This document shows positions 7,655 through 17,390 of a stretch of DNA of 64,000 bases, one piece after another. A program made the position numbers and the translations under genes. The DNA comes from a virus, in the IMG/VR virus record IMGVR_UViG_3300014913_000006; one strand, written 5' to 3'. Below the pieces are notes generated by a model that saw only the letters and a program-made list of their open reading frames with translations, searched no databases and was not told where the DNA came from. Numbering within the stretch: position 1 is the first letter of the stretch; each line of letters opens with the position of its first letter.

Positions 7655-7790
7655 TTTTATTTTGGCGTGAATACATCAAAGCCCTTTTGATCGACCATCC
7701 ATTGTTCAATCTCCATATTATAAGACTTGCAGCTATTCCGGTTTCTTCTGGCCAAGCAGCAATACACTTAGTTTGCCCATTTAACGTTCC
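7655..7790 (-). pseudogene. Homing endonuclease C-terminal fragment
   Basis: NGQTKCIAAWPEETGI...WRLNNGWSIKRAL resembles NNKTQCLSAWAEEYG...WPIKEA in 48801. Confidence 0.6.
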
Positions 7791-8108
7791 CTACAACAGA
7801 TACAAATACAATAACCACCAACCGACAAGAATCACACATCCGACAATTCCAAATACTGAAACGGCGACCCTCCAGGGCCGCTTCTTGTGCCGCAACACCC
7901 AACCCATGGTGGTGCAAGACAGCAAAGTGATAGTCAGCTTGAATACGACCAAGCCGCCGTCTCCGAAATTCTCCCAGACATGCAGGGCTATGGGATTCGC
8001 TTCCTGGAAATCACTGCATGTTCGGTCGAAGTACAGTGTCGTTCCGAGATCACCACACGACACAAGGAACACGATAGTCGGCATGATTATGCGCCACCAT
8101 TTGGCCAT
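7791..8108 (-). CDS. DUF5658-like membrane protein
   Basis: DLGTT...FQEANPIA...GLVVFKL; 3 hydrophobic segments. Confidence 0.7.
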   Translation of the reverse strand: MAKWWRIIMPTIVFLVSCGDLGTTLYFDRTCSDFQEANPIALHVWENFGDGGLVVFKLTITLLSCTTMGWVLRHKKRPWRVAVSVFGIVGCVILVGWWLLYLYLL

Positions 8109-8121
8109 GTATTCTCCAATA

Positions 8122-8151
8122 GAAAAGCGGGGGCCATGTTGCAGGCCCCCG
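8122..8151 (-). terminator. Intrinsic terminator-like hairpin
   Basis: CGGGGGCC-TGCAACAT-GGCCCCCG-CTTTT, ~70 nt downstream of a GGTGTATAAT promoter (8222-8231). Confidence 0.55.
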
Positions 8152-8230
8152 GTCACTAAGGTAGCGAACGACGCGCAAGGATGGCATACTTTGACGCCTG
8201 CCCACCGTTCCGTTCATAGGTATTATACAC

Positions 8231-8608
8231 CTACGACCTCACTTTTGCTTTGGATTCCTTCAGAATTTGGTTTCTTGTTTTTGCTCTTGGCATGGTTCGC
8301 CGGGACTGAGAGCCAATATGGATGGTCCTATGGCGTGGCGCAACAGCAGCTTTTGGCTTGGGCGAAGCCTTCTTTGTCGCAACCTTCGGGGCTTGGACAA
8401 CGATGATGATCTGGCGTGGAGGATGCGGTATGTGGCTGTATCGTCTACTGTATCGCTTTAACCGGTAAGGGCGGCAGTGCGGATTGTGATGCCCCATATT
8501 TACATGGACTGTTCGCTTTGGTTTGCTGCTGGGACCACGAAGTTTCTGGGTTCCGCCATATGGTGCGATTGTCAAGAAAAATGAAAGCAATACAACCGTT
8601 ATGTTCAT
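8231..8608 (-). CDS. Hypothetical basic protein with signal-like N-terminus
   Basis: GGAGG RBS; hydrophobic N-terminus. Confidence 0.55.
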   Translation of the reverse strand: MNITVVLLSFFLTIAPYGGTQKLRGPSSKPKRTVHVNMGHHNPHCRPYRLKRYSRRYSHIPHPPRQIIIVVQAPKVATKKASPKPKAAVAPRHRTIHIGSQSRRTMPRAKTRNQILKESKAKVRS

Positions 8609-8609
8609 C

Positions 8610-9338
8610 TCAACCTCCAGTCAGATATTTTTTCATATTGCAGTTAAAACATAATACTTGAAATCCTTCAGGATAATTATTTTTGACCAACCAGCGATAT
8701 AGGGTCGTCCCTTGTCTGAGAAGCTGGTTTCGATGTCGCGTTCCACCACCATCTATGTGGTCGATAGATAACACAGCCATATCCATCGCATCGCAAAGCT
8801 TACATTTCCCACCATAATGCTGAAGAACTGTTAGTTTCTGTTTAATTCTATTATCCTTACCGACAATCGCATTTTTCTTTTTACAGACCAAACATAAAGT
8901 CTCATTTTCGATTGGTGGATACTTACGGCAATGGACACATAATCCATCATTTTTAACTTTGTGATAGTGTGCTTTATTTTTACTTTTCATGTATTCTGTG
9001 CAAGTATCGCAATGCACAGAAAAGTTATCGGTGGGCTTACTACATCTGACACATACTCCAGAGGATCGCCTTTGATAATAAATATCCATCTTTGCCGCAT
9101 TATATTGATCCTTATTGTCATCAACGCAAATGGAACACTGTGTTTTCCCTGGTCGTGGTGGTCTTTGGCCGCATCTAACACAAACATTTTTATTCTTTCG
9201 ACGTTCTCTCTTCTTTTTTTCTTTCAATCTAGTTTCTTCAAGATGTCGAACGCACATTTTTCTGTCTGGGACAACAGGTCCACCACATCTGGTACAGAGT
9301 TTATTGTCTATCCGATATTGTACGGTTTCCTTTTTCAT
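8610..9338 (-). CDS. HNH-type endonuclease with four tandem Zn-ribbon repeats
   Basis: Repeated C..CG/C..C units; LSIDHIDGGG...FQVLCFNCN; low GC. Confidence 0.8.
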   Translation of the reverse strand: MKKETVQYRIDNKLCTRCGGPVVPDRKMCVRHLEETRLKEKKKRERRKNKNVCVRCGQRPPRPGKTQCSICVDDNKDQYNAAKMDIYYQRRSSGVCVRCSKPTDNFSVHCDTCTEYMKSKNKAHYHKVKNDGLCVHCRKYPPIENETLCLVCKKKNAIVGKDNRIKQKLTVLQHYGGKCKLCDAMDMAVLSIDHIDGGGTRHRNQLLRQGTTLYRWLVKNNYPEGFQVLCFNCNMKKYLTGG

Positions 9339-9358
9339 ACATCAATTCCTCCAATGTT

Positions 9359-9387
9359 ATTATACGTACAACTCAAGAGTTTGTTGC
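9359..9387 (-). promoter_or_regulatory. Class A promoter GCAAC-N18-TATAAT
   Basis: GCAAC AAACTCTTGAGTTGTACG TATAAT. Confidence 0.75.
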
Positions 9388-9396
9388 ACGAAAAAT

Positions 9397-9433
9397 AAAA
9401 AAAATCGGGTGATTTCCATCACCCGATTTATTT
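9397..9433 (-). terminator. Intrinsic terminator after the tail tube gene (probably bidirectional)
   Basis: AAATCGGGTGAT-4nt-ATCACCCGATTT flanked by A/T tracts. Confidence 0.85.
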
Positions 9434-9452
9434 CTGATGTATTTAATGTTTG

Positions 9453-10550
9453 TTAAAGTGTCAATCCGGCAGGGTCTTGTGTATGAATTACAGTAAGACT
9501 GTTAAAGTTGCTATAGTTGAAAGTCACAACAACATTGCCACCACCAGCATCTCCACCGCCGTAAGTCACCGACGCCAACTTGTTCTTGGCACCAAGATTG
9601 ATCCGAGTACCTTCCTCAACCCAGACGAAAATCTTCTGGTCGGTGATGTTGCTACCACCCACAGGATCGGCCAGGGCGTCAATCAAGTCACCCTCAGACG
9701 ATGTAGTATCGATAGAACAGGTCACCTCAGTTGGGAACGATACGAACCGATGGTACGGACCACGCCGACCAAGCTCAAACAGTTCCTCACGACCCAGGTC
9801 ACTCGCAATAGTGACGGTCTGGAGGTGAGCGCTGTAAGAACCTGCCGATTCTAGGTTCCACCCATTTGCATCGATGCCGTCGATCTCTGTCGGCCACAAA
9901 CTGCCGCTCGTACCCGTAATGACACCAGCACCGTTCATCGTTACGCCAGACCCCATCAGGATGTTCTCCCGCTGTGCAACGCCACCAGATGCAGCAAGAG
10001 ACAGGGGCTCATCAGAACCGTCGAATACGGACGGGGCAAAGTGAGTCAATCCGCTCGCTACCCATTCCTTGTTGTTTCCGACGATCGTAACATCTTCTGT
10101 CGAACTGCCTTCGACGTTCAGCGTGTATGTCAACGCCGAAACGTACATTCCAGACATACCCACCGATTGCAGCGGTGTACCCGATGCGTTGTCAAACGTA
10201 TCTGGGTAGATGTTGAGGGCCGCGAAGCAGCGTTCGTTGGAACGTCCAACCAACGTCGCCGACGTAGCTGCTGGCGTAGCAAGGTGATACAGCAACGGAT
10301 AACCGTCGAGCACCTTCTGAGCCGTTAGCTCGATATCAGGAATACCCTCGATATTCTCGTAAAGCTCCAACTGACCTAGTTCGAACACCTGCTCAAGATT
10401 GAACGTAGTATTCAAACCCACACTCTGCACACCATGTGCAGTCCTAAATCCAGACGGCTCGAACAAACTGGTAGCACCAGACCCGGTTACCTCGTGCTCA
10501 GCGAACCCAAGCGCCTGAATGGCGTAGAAGATGCGCGCGTTATTGGACAT
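9453..10550 (-). CDS. Probable major tail / tail tube protein
   Basis: Position after the neck genes; HGVQSVGLNTTFNLEQVFELGQ and REELFELGRRGPY duplicated motifs; has its own late promoter and terminator. Confidence 0.65.
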   Translation of the reverse strand: MSNNARIFYAIQALGFAEHEVTGSGATSLFEPSGFRTAHGVQSVGLNTTFNLEQVFELGQLELYENIEGIPDIELTAQKVLDGYPLLYHLATPAATSATLVGRSNERCFAALNIYPDTFDNASGTPLQSVGMSGMYVSALTYTLNVEGSSTEDVTIVGNNKEWVASGLTHFAPSVFDGSDEPLSLAASGGVAQRENILMGSGVTMNGAGVITGTSGSLWPTEIDGIDANGWNLESAGSYSAHLQTVTIASDLGREELFELGRRGPYHRFVSFPTEVTCSIDTTSSEGDLIDALADPVGGSNITDQKIFVWVEEGTRINLGAKNKLASVTYGGGDAGGGNVVVTFNYSNFNSLTVIHTQDPAGLTL

Positions 10551-10607
10551 TATGTTATCACCCTAACCTTTCTTTTTTGGACTACCCAAGTAACTATCCA
10601 CAACAGT

Positions 10608-10618
10608 ATTATACACCA
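10608..10618 (-). promoter_or_regulatory. Class B (late-type) promoter TGGTGTATAAT
   Basis: Same GTGTATAA core upstream of the tail tube, protease, portal and other late genes. Confidence 0.65.
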
Positions 10619-11388
10619 TAAATCAAAAATTTCTTTCGGTCCAAAGCAATATGACTATCCCTATAAAGAGTGCCAAAAATATATCGTACATACATTGCAG
10701 AATAATTAATTTCCCAACAACATTCGGTTTTTTGATGTGGATTCACTTTTGAAACAACATGCGGTATTGAACAAACAAATTCGTTGAAACCCGATACAAT
10801 ATCGAAGGTTCCACACAAACCTACTAGATTATGATTTACCCACCCATCCCCATCAATCATTCCTCGCCAAAAATGTCGATTATTTTTAAGCTGTTCTGGC
10901 ACTTTAGCGATTTTGCTTTTTCGAGGGACAATACCGTGTTCGGCAAGTTTCTCAACAATTCGATTAGAATAAAAACTGACAAAAACTCCACCTTTATTAT
11001 AATACAAAGACTTATCCGAACCAATAAATTTCTTAAATTTCTCTAGATGCTCCCAATCCTTTTCAGCCAATCCAATATTAAGTTGTTTCGATCTTTTGGG
11101 TGGGTAATACACATTTCCGTCAGCGAGCAAAAATCCAATCCAATAAGCACTCTCTTCTGTAATGGTGTCAAAAACATCTTCTTTAATCTGATTAGTTCTT
11201 TTAGCGTTACTGCGATTTCTTACGAAAACATCCCGTCTTTTTAATAAAGATGTGATTGTAACATCAGCAACTCCATATTCAAATCCCAATTGCCTAGCCG
11301 ACGTTCCTCCTTCATACTTTCCAACTATTTCCTTCGCAATAGCCTCTTCTGGATTCCATTGATCCGACCTTGCTTTTCTGTCCCGCAT
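10609..11388 (-). CDS. Free-standing LAGLIDADG homing endonuclease with N-terminal HTH
   Basis: AYWIGFLLADG and RHFWRGMIDGDG motifs; AT-rich; GGAGGTG RBS. Confidence 0.85.
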   Translation of the reverse strand: MRDRKARSDQWNPEEAIAKEIVGKYEGGTSARQLGFEYGVADVTITSLLKRRDVFVRNRSNAKRTNQIKEDVFDTITEESAYWIGFLLADGNVYYPPKRSKQLNIGLAEKDWEHLEKFKKFIGSDKSLYYNKGGVFVSFYSNRIVEKLAEHGIVPRKSKIAKVPEQLKNNRHFWRGMIDGDGWVNHNLVGLCGTFDIVSGFNEFVCSIPHVVSKVNPHQKTECCWEINYSAMYVRYIFGTLYRDSHIALDRKKFLIYGV

Positions 11389-11457
11389 AAGCTTCACCTC
11401 CCTGTATAACTTATACACCAATTCTATGCAATTCAGGCCCTAAATCTAACCAAAATA

Positions 11458-12387
11458 TTAAATGCCTGCCATATCTACTTCCACTTCCCAGGTCACACGA
11501 GCCCTAAACAACTGAGAATTTAATGAGTTGATTGTCGCTGGAGTGCTGTCTATGACCCTCAAACGCTTCCACGGATGGGCAGACACCATATTCGGCCAAT
11601 TCGTCACGCCATCCACGATATCCCCATGTTCGTCGAACGGGAATGTGATATTGTTCAGATCAGCCATCCAGAACGTGCTGCGACTCTGGTAATCCACCCA
11701 GTCCATCAACAGGTTCCGGTCCGCTGGATTGTCTGCGAAAATGTGAAAAGTCACGTACCTTGTTTTTATCTGCCCGCCCCCAAGTTGCCAGCCACGCTGC
11801 TTGCCTGTCCCGACCTCGATGAAGATGCTAGGTAGCCAAATCTGGTGTTCCCTTGCAGGGGTGCCAGACGTAGAAGAGTCGGTCAAGAATTCCTCGACAG
11901 CGTTCAGCATCAGATTGCGGAAATCTGTGTCGTCTGCGAATCCAACGTGGACTGATCGACGGGTGTACTCGGCCCTGATATCGTCATCGGCGCTCTTCGG
12001 CTCATCGAATACGATCCGACCATTCAGGTAGTCGGTGTGATGCGCGTAGATACCTGCGGCATCGCTAGCGTAGAAGTCACCATCGATGTACACTCCCGAG
12101 ACACGGAATGGATCGACGGCTCCGCTACCTAACGAAACTCCACTCTCCCACACCCATTCGCGTCCTGCCCCTTCCCAGACACGACCTTGTTCGTACCTTT
12201 CATCAGGGACAACATGTAGTCGAGCCTCGTCGTCGTCATACCAGCTTTCAGAGTCGTATTCGTAGATGCTGTAGGCACCACGATTCAAGAGGCCCCAATC
12301 AAGGAACCACTTCAAATTGTACTGAAGCTGATCGGTCAACTCATAGCCGCCAAAACCTCCTTCGTTTGTTCCTTTGAAGTTAAGCAT
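11458..12387 (-). CDS. Probable tail-completion / terminator virion protein
   Basis: Synteny before the tail tube; LPSIFIE...GWQLGGGQ...FHIFA motif. Confidence 0.5.
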   Translation of the reverse strand: MLNFKGTNEGGFGGYELTDQLQYNLKWFLDWGLLNRGAYSIYEYDSESWYDDDEARLHVVPDERYEQGRVWEGAGREWVWESGVSLGSGAVDPFRVSGVYIDGDFYASDAAGIYAHHTDYLNGRIVFDEPKSADDDIRAEYTRRSVHVGFADDTDFRNLMLNAVEEFLTDSSTSGTPAREHQIWLPSIFIEVGTGKQRGWQLGGGQIKTRYVTFHIFADNPADRNLLMDWVDYQSRSTFWMADLNNITFPFDEHGDIVDGVTNWPNMVSAHPWKRLRVIDSTPATINSLNSQLFRARVTWEVEVDMAGI

Positions 12388-13069
12388 ATTGCACCCCAAC
12401 TTTCGAACCCTTTTTCAAATTACATGTAGGGCATAGTAGTGACAAATTTTCCAAATCAAACAAATCCAAAATCTCTTGTTTATTCGTTGCTGTCGATAAT
12501 GGAGTAATGTGGTCGATATGAAACCCTACTTTTTCGTATGATTGACCACATTTCGGACATCTATCATCCTGGATACAACGAATGAACTCCAAATGATCCC
12601 GTAACTGTTGTGGTGAATACGGCAAATGTCTAAAACAACCTTTATCTCGACCTAGAAATCCACGCAAATAGACACGTAATCTACTCGTATATCTACCCAA
12701 TGGAGTTAATCTATATCGCCGCTGTTTGTCTCTGTCATATTGTTGTCTTTTTTCTGTTTTGGGTTTGTGTTTATTTGACAGACGGACGCATTCTACGCAT
12801 CCTGTAATTTTGCCCCTAGAGGTATAATGAGAATGCAGACCATGTAATTTACATTTGGCCAATACTTTTAGGCCATCTAATTGATCGATAGCCGCTTTTT
12901 GTGGTCTACCACTGGACGAAATACATGTAGAAATCCTCAGTCTGCTAGCTTTCTTTTTTATTGATTCGGCAGATCGATCCATAATGTCACAACAGTATTG
13001 AGCACCCTTTTGAGGATAATGTTTCCGAATCAAATTGCATTCATGGCGAGTCCAATGACGATTATTCAT
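12380..13069 (-). CDS. HNH endonuclease with Myb-like N-terminus
   Basis: CPKC...HIDHITPL...NLSLLCPTCNLKKG; paralog of 29480 and 36786. Confidence 0.85.
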   Translation of the reverse strand: MNNRHWTRHECNLIRKHYPQKGAQYCCDIMDRSAESIKKKASRLRISTCISSSGRPQKAAIDQLDGLKVLAKCKLHGLHSHYTSRGKITGCVECVRLSNKHKPKTEKRQQYDRDKQRRYRLTPLGRYTSRLRVYLRGFLGRDKGCFRHLPYSPQQLRDHLEFIRCIQDDRCPKCGQSYEKVGFHIDHITPLSTATNKQEILDLFDLENLSLLCPTCNLKKGSKVGVQYA

Positions 13070-13767
13070 TATCTCACCTTCTTCATCAGTATTGTCGCAG
13101 CTTCCACAGCAACGTTTGGTTGTCTCAGTGCGTATTCAATAAAGTTCTGGCCACCTTGTCCAGATATGATACTCGGTAACACATAACCTCCGCTGCCACC
13201 CAATGCCTTCAAGGACACCATAATTGCTCGCCCACTACGAGATACCTTCTGTATCCTCACGTCGAACTTCTCGTCTTCCCCTTTGAACACAATATCATAC
13301 GCTGCTTGACCAATATCGATACTTGGGTCTATCAGAAGCCATCTGGCTACTGGGATTGTGATATTGGATGGATGTGATACGTACTGAGCACCCGGCAGAC
13401 CAAGGTAATCACTCCAGTTGTCTTCGACAGCTTGAATCTTGATTGACACAGAATCTCCAGCACCACGACTCAGAATATGGACGGACGACTGTATTAGCTT
13501 TGCCATTCCATCAGCCAAAGCGTGTGCTGTGCCGTCATCCAGTCCAAGGTGTGCTGGCAAATCATTCGCCCCTTGTCCCCTAAGAGCTTTTGCTACGTCT
13601 GTGTTGTCGAAAGTCTTAACCAGCATTGTACCTATCTCTTTACTAACACTAGACGCTCTGGCCAAAACACGCCTTGCCCACAGTCTAGACCCTTCTTGTT
13701 TGACACCCTTTATCAGTTGGGCCATAGTCTTGGCGGTTGGTTGTACGACGAACCTTATCTTTGCCAT
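13069..13767 (-). CDS. Hypothetical virion neck protein
   Basis: Synteny within the structural operon. Confidence 0.45.
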   Translation of the reverse strand: MAKIRFVVQPTAKTMAQLIKGVKQEGSRLWARRVLARASSVSKEIGTMLVKTFDNTDVAKALRGQGANDLPAHLGLDDGTAHALADGMAKLIQSSVHILSRGAGDSVSIKIQAVEDNWSDYLGLPGAQYVSHPSNITIPVARWLLIDPSIDIGQAAYDIVFKGEDEKFDVRIQKVSRSGRAIMVSLKALGGSGGYVLPSIISGQGGQNFIEYALRQPNVAVEAATILMKKVR

Positions 13768-13768
13768 C

Positions 13769-14953
13769 TTAGATTCTCACCCCATCAGCATTCCAGCTTG
13801 TTGCGAACTTCGCAAAAGGACGCCCAATGACCAAATCACAAGTACCAAATGTTGATCCAGTCCCTAACGGTGGGTCTAGATCAACGACAACGGCTTTTCC
13901 GTAATTGCTATCGTCCGTATCTTCGTAAGCCACCATGCAATAACGATCGTTGAAAAGTTGGGCCTTGTGTACGAATGCCGTACCGCCACCATGTATGACA
14001 AGTGGGCTGTCGGGGAACGAGAACACTGTTCCACTCACCGTACCCTGCAAGATTTTCAACTTGGAGGCGTCGTCTGTATCGATATACACAATGTCGATGT
14101 TGTTGTCGCCGTACACGACAGAGCTAACGCATTTGACAGTTCCGCTATTCCATATTTGAATATCCCCATAAGCGGCTGTATCACCACTTCTTGAAGCATG
14201 AACGATTTGTCCAGTATAGCCGTCGTCCTGATCGACAAAAGTGACTACGAACTCTTCTGCGTCGTGAAGCGGTGTTACGTTGAGATAATAGGGATCAACC
14301 GGACTGGCGACAAAGTTGCTCTCAGTCTTGTTTGTCATCGAATCGCCAACAACTGTCATGTTTCTAGTTTTGCCTTCCGGTGTATTCTTTCTAGCAAAGA
14401 TTAAAACCCGTCCACTATCACAAACGCCAATCGAATGGAAAGCATAGCTTCCCCAAAAAGTACGGAACCTAGCTGTCTGACTGTCTATTGTTGTCCCGGT
14501 CACATTCGTCACCCTGCTATACTCTCTTTGTGAACAGAAAATCCTAGAGCCAGATGTTAGGGTAGCTGGGTCACCATAGCAATCATCACCAGCTTGGGCG
14601 TATTGTTCTACGTCACCAAGCGAGACCGTTGTACCCGAGATAGAAGCCAAACCCAACCAGCCAAATGGGCCAGTATCATCGTTGAACTTAACACACACTT
14701 GGTCAGTATCGTATTGACATATACCCAATGCACTGTAATTGTCATTATTCTGATAGTTGCCACTTCTAACCAAAACACCACTGCCCAAAGTCAGATCAGT
14801 GCCATCTCTTGTTGCTGCCAATAGGTACACAGGGTATCCGCTGTCATCCTTCTGATAGAAAACAGCACATGTATTTTCATCAACAGGCATAACCACTTGG
14901 CCACGAACGTCGCCAGTGCAGAATGTATGCTCTTCTCCAACAAGAATAGACAT
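13769..14953 (-). CDS. Beta-propeller-like repeat virion/fibre protein
   Basis: ~50-aa repeats ending in SGT.(V/I)..G; homologous to the N-terminal half of 15552..17387. Confidence 0.6.
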   Translation of the reverse strand: MSILVGEEHTFCTGDVRGQVVMPVDENTCAVFYQKDDSGYPVYLLAATRDGTDLTLGSGVLVRSGNYQNNDNYSALGICQYDTDQVCVKFNDDTGPFGWLGLASISGTTVSLGDVEQYAQAGDDCYGDPATLTSGSRIFCSQREYSRVTNVTGTTIDSQTARFRTFWGSYAFHSIGVCDSGRVLIFARKNTPEGKTRNMTVVGDSMTNKTESNFVASPVDPYYLNVTPLHDAEEFVVTFVDQDDGYTGQIVHASRSGDTAAYGDIQIWNSGTVKCVSSVVYGDNNIDIVYIDTDDASKLKILQGTVSGTVFSFPDSPLVIHGGGTAFVHKAQLFNDRYCMVAYEDTDDSNYGKAVVVDLDPPLGTGSTFGTCDLVIGRPFAKFATSWNADGVRI

Positions 14954-15543
14954 TAGATCAACTCCCAAAAACTGATACAGTACCGATCTTCTCGCAACCC
15001 AACGGGGATCGGCCCCTGGACCAACTTCACCGTTAGCTTCATCTGACCAACGATATCGTGATTGACTATCACCGTCTTTGCCCTCGACAGATCATCCGCC
15101 TCGGTCAGATATGTCTTGAGCCGCACAATTCCACCAACCTTGGAAACAGCGATGCCGAAATTCTTGGCATCTTCTGGATTCCACTTGATAAGACACTTGA
15201 TACACTTGTTGACTGGTGTCTCGGTGAAACCACGCCCCTTGCAATACGGACACTTTCGACCACGAGCGAACGGTCTCGGTCCACCTGCTTTATACACCCC
15301 TGTCGAACGCTTACGCATAGTGTCGTATTCACAGTTTGGGCACGGCTCACGAATCGGATTGAACTCCAAGTAGACGTTTTTCCCAAGCTGATTGATCAAG
15401 GCGTCGATCCTCTGCTGATAGATGGTAATCAGCGAGTCTTTAATCTGTATCGACGCGGTGGGATCGAGCGTAGGACAAGCAAGCGATGGCTTCGGCTCGT
15501 AGCCATTGATGAAGAATCCAAGATTTCCACTTTCACTTGTCAT
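14953..15543 (-). CDS. Probable head-closure / neck protein with Zn finger
   Basis: CPNC...F..G.KCPYC.G.G pattern typical of large-phage neck proteins. Confidence 0.55.
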   Translation of the reverse strand: MTSESGNLGFFINGYEPKPSLACPTLDPTASIQIKDSLITIYQQRIDALINQLGKNVYLEFNPIREPCPNCEYDTMRKRSTGVYKAGGPRPFARGRKCPYCKGRGFTETPVNKCIKCLIKWNPEDAKNFGIAVSKVGGIVRLKTYLTEADDLSRAKTVIVNHDIVGQMKLTVKLVQGPIPVGLREDRYCISFWELI

Positions 15544-15551
15544 GACTACTC

Positions 15552-17387
15552 CTAACGAATGTACGTGCTTCTATCATCTGGATGCTTCCATCTTTGATCC
15601 TCTGTGACAAACATAGCCTGCCCCCAGAAGATTTCTCCCGCATCTGAGTTCATCTGGTAGTAGAGGTGCCCACTGTAATGCGTTGGCAGGTGTTCTGTTG
15701 ACCAACCCCAGTAGTTGGTGTCACCGATCTGGTAGCAACCACTCGACGCTAACGCAAGGGCTGTGTTTACCCCGTTGGTGATGTCCCACACCTGAACCGT
15801 AACGAGTGTCGCTGCCGTATCAAACGATCCGACGAACTGTGGATCATAATCTGGTGTCTTCTCTAGCCAATCAAACGCCTGTCCCGACGCCGCCGCTCCA
15901 CCCGATGCCGCCACTGTACCTCTGGTGAATAGGTCGCACGAACCTGTTGTCGCCCCTGTCGCACCATTGGTGTACAGATCACCGGAAGCCCCGATGTCTG
16001 TTAGCCCCTTGATAAATAGGTCTCCAGAACCAAGGTGATTATCATATCCACCCACAAACATGTCACTAGATGCTTGTGTGGTTTTCAGGCCGTTGACAAA
16101 CAGATCGCCGGAAGCCGACCACGGTGTCGATGACAAACCTTCGATGAACAAATCGCCGGAAGCAGATATCTCACCAATGTTCGCAATATACAGTGGACTC
16201 GTACCAGAGAATGGGATCGGACCCTGAATGTAGAGACCGATCTGGGCGTCAACGGGTAGTTGGATAATACGAGCAGTACCGTAGTTACTATTCGCCGTAT
16301 CCCTATAAGCAACCACAGCGAATGGATATGTTAGAAGCGTAGCGTGGTGATCAGCCGAACTAGCCTCATGCCATATTTCGGCATCACTGTATGCCTGTGT
16401 ATCGCCTGTAATCTTACCACGAGCAATCTTGCCATAACTACTATCGCTTCGGTCTACATAGAGAATATCAAATTCATCCTCGTCTTTGGCCACAGAGGCC
16501 CCGAGATAGATACTATTCGTAGTAAGCAGAGCATTATCCTCAACGGCAATGACACGCGATGCACCACTGGTCGAGATGTATGTGGCACGAAGATCATCTG
16601 CCCAGTTGTGTGCTATAGCCAGTTTCGCAACTGTACCAGAAGACAACAAAACTGGTTCGTTTTCTCGCGGCTCCCATGCCGCAGCAGGAGCAGTGTATAT
16701 ATTTTTAGACGCACCACGAGTAAGAACCGTGCCGCTTCTTGTGTATATGGCACCTCTTAGATATTTGGTGGCCCAAAGTCGTTGGCGACTCCAGGTCATC
16801 AAAGCGCGGTCTTCGTCAATAATGGTGACTCTTGGATGATCTACATAACTTTCATTTATGGCCGATTCCACCCCGAGAGATATTGTTGTGCCAGTAATAC
16901 TAGCAATCTTAGACCTTAAATATTGACCATTCCAGGTATTCTCATAGTCTAGAGTCCACATCACCTTATCGTTTGTGAAAGCAGCACAAGCAACACTTTT
17001 TGTCTTATTTGCCAATCCGGCGCTGTGGTGATACGTGGCACCAGATGTCAGCACGTCGCCACTTACGGTACACACAAGACCATAGGAGTAAAAATCTGTT
17101 AGAACATATGCCACAAAAATACTGTCTTCATCAAGAACAGCAACATCATGTGTTTGGCGAGCATAATCGTAGTGCGCCCCCGCATTCAACACGCCTGGAG
17201 TAAAAGTAAGAGTTGGCCCATATGTGATATCGGTGCCACTCCTGGTACCAACACATATCTTACCCTTATCGCTATCTGCGGCATCTCTCCAGGCGACTAC
17301 GAATTTGTCGTCGGAAAGTGCGCGGACAACGGGGACTTCCGTTGAACCACTCGCAAAAACAAATTCACTCCCAAGTGTTATAGCCAC
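15552..17387 (-). CDS. Fibre/decoration protein: propeller repeats, SGDLFIxG stalk repeats, shared C-terminal module
   Basis: 8 copies of (S)GxxDL(F/Y)xxG; C-terminal SSGCYQIGDT..WGWST module shared with 17391 and 22095. Confidence 0.65.
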   Translation of the reverse strand: MAITLGSEFVFASGSTEVPVVRALSDDKFVVAWRDAADSDKGKICVGTRSGTDITYGPTLTFTPGVLNAGAHYDYARQTHDVAVLDEDSIFVAYVLTDFYSYGLVCTVSGDVLTSGATYHHSAGLANKTKSVACAAFTNDKVMWTLDYENTWNGQYLRSKIASITGTTISLGVESAINESYVDHPRVTIIDEDRALMTWSRQRLWATKYLRGAIYTRSGTVLTRGASKNIYTAPAAAWEPRENEPVLLSSGTVAKLAIAHNWADDLRATYISTSGASRVIAVEDNALLTTNSIYLGASVAKDEDEFDILYVDRSDSSYGKIARGKITGDTQAYSDAEIWHEASSADHHATLLTYPFAVVAYRDTANSNYGTARIIQLPVDAQIGLYIQGPIPFSGTSPLYIANIGEISASGDLFIEGLSSTPWSASGDLFVNGLKTTQASSDMFVGGYDNHLGSGDLFIKGLTDIGASGDLYTNGATGATTGSCDLFTRGTVAASGGAAASGQAFDWLEKTPDYDPQFVGSFDTAATLVTVQVWDITNGVNTALALASSGCYQIGDTNYWGWSTEHLPTHYSGHLYYQMNSDAGEIFWGQAMFVTEDQRWKHPDDRSTYIR

Positions 17388-17390
17388 AGC

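Noticed and set aside
7291-8406. 371-aa plus-strand ORF
   Set aside because: It is antisense to better-supported genes, a promoter and a terminator, and has no recognisable motifs.
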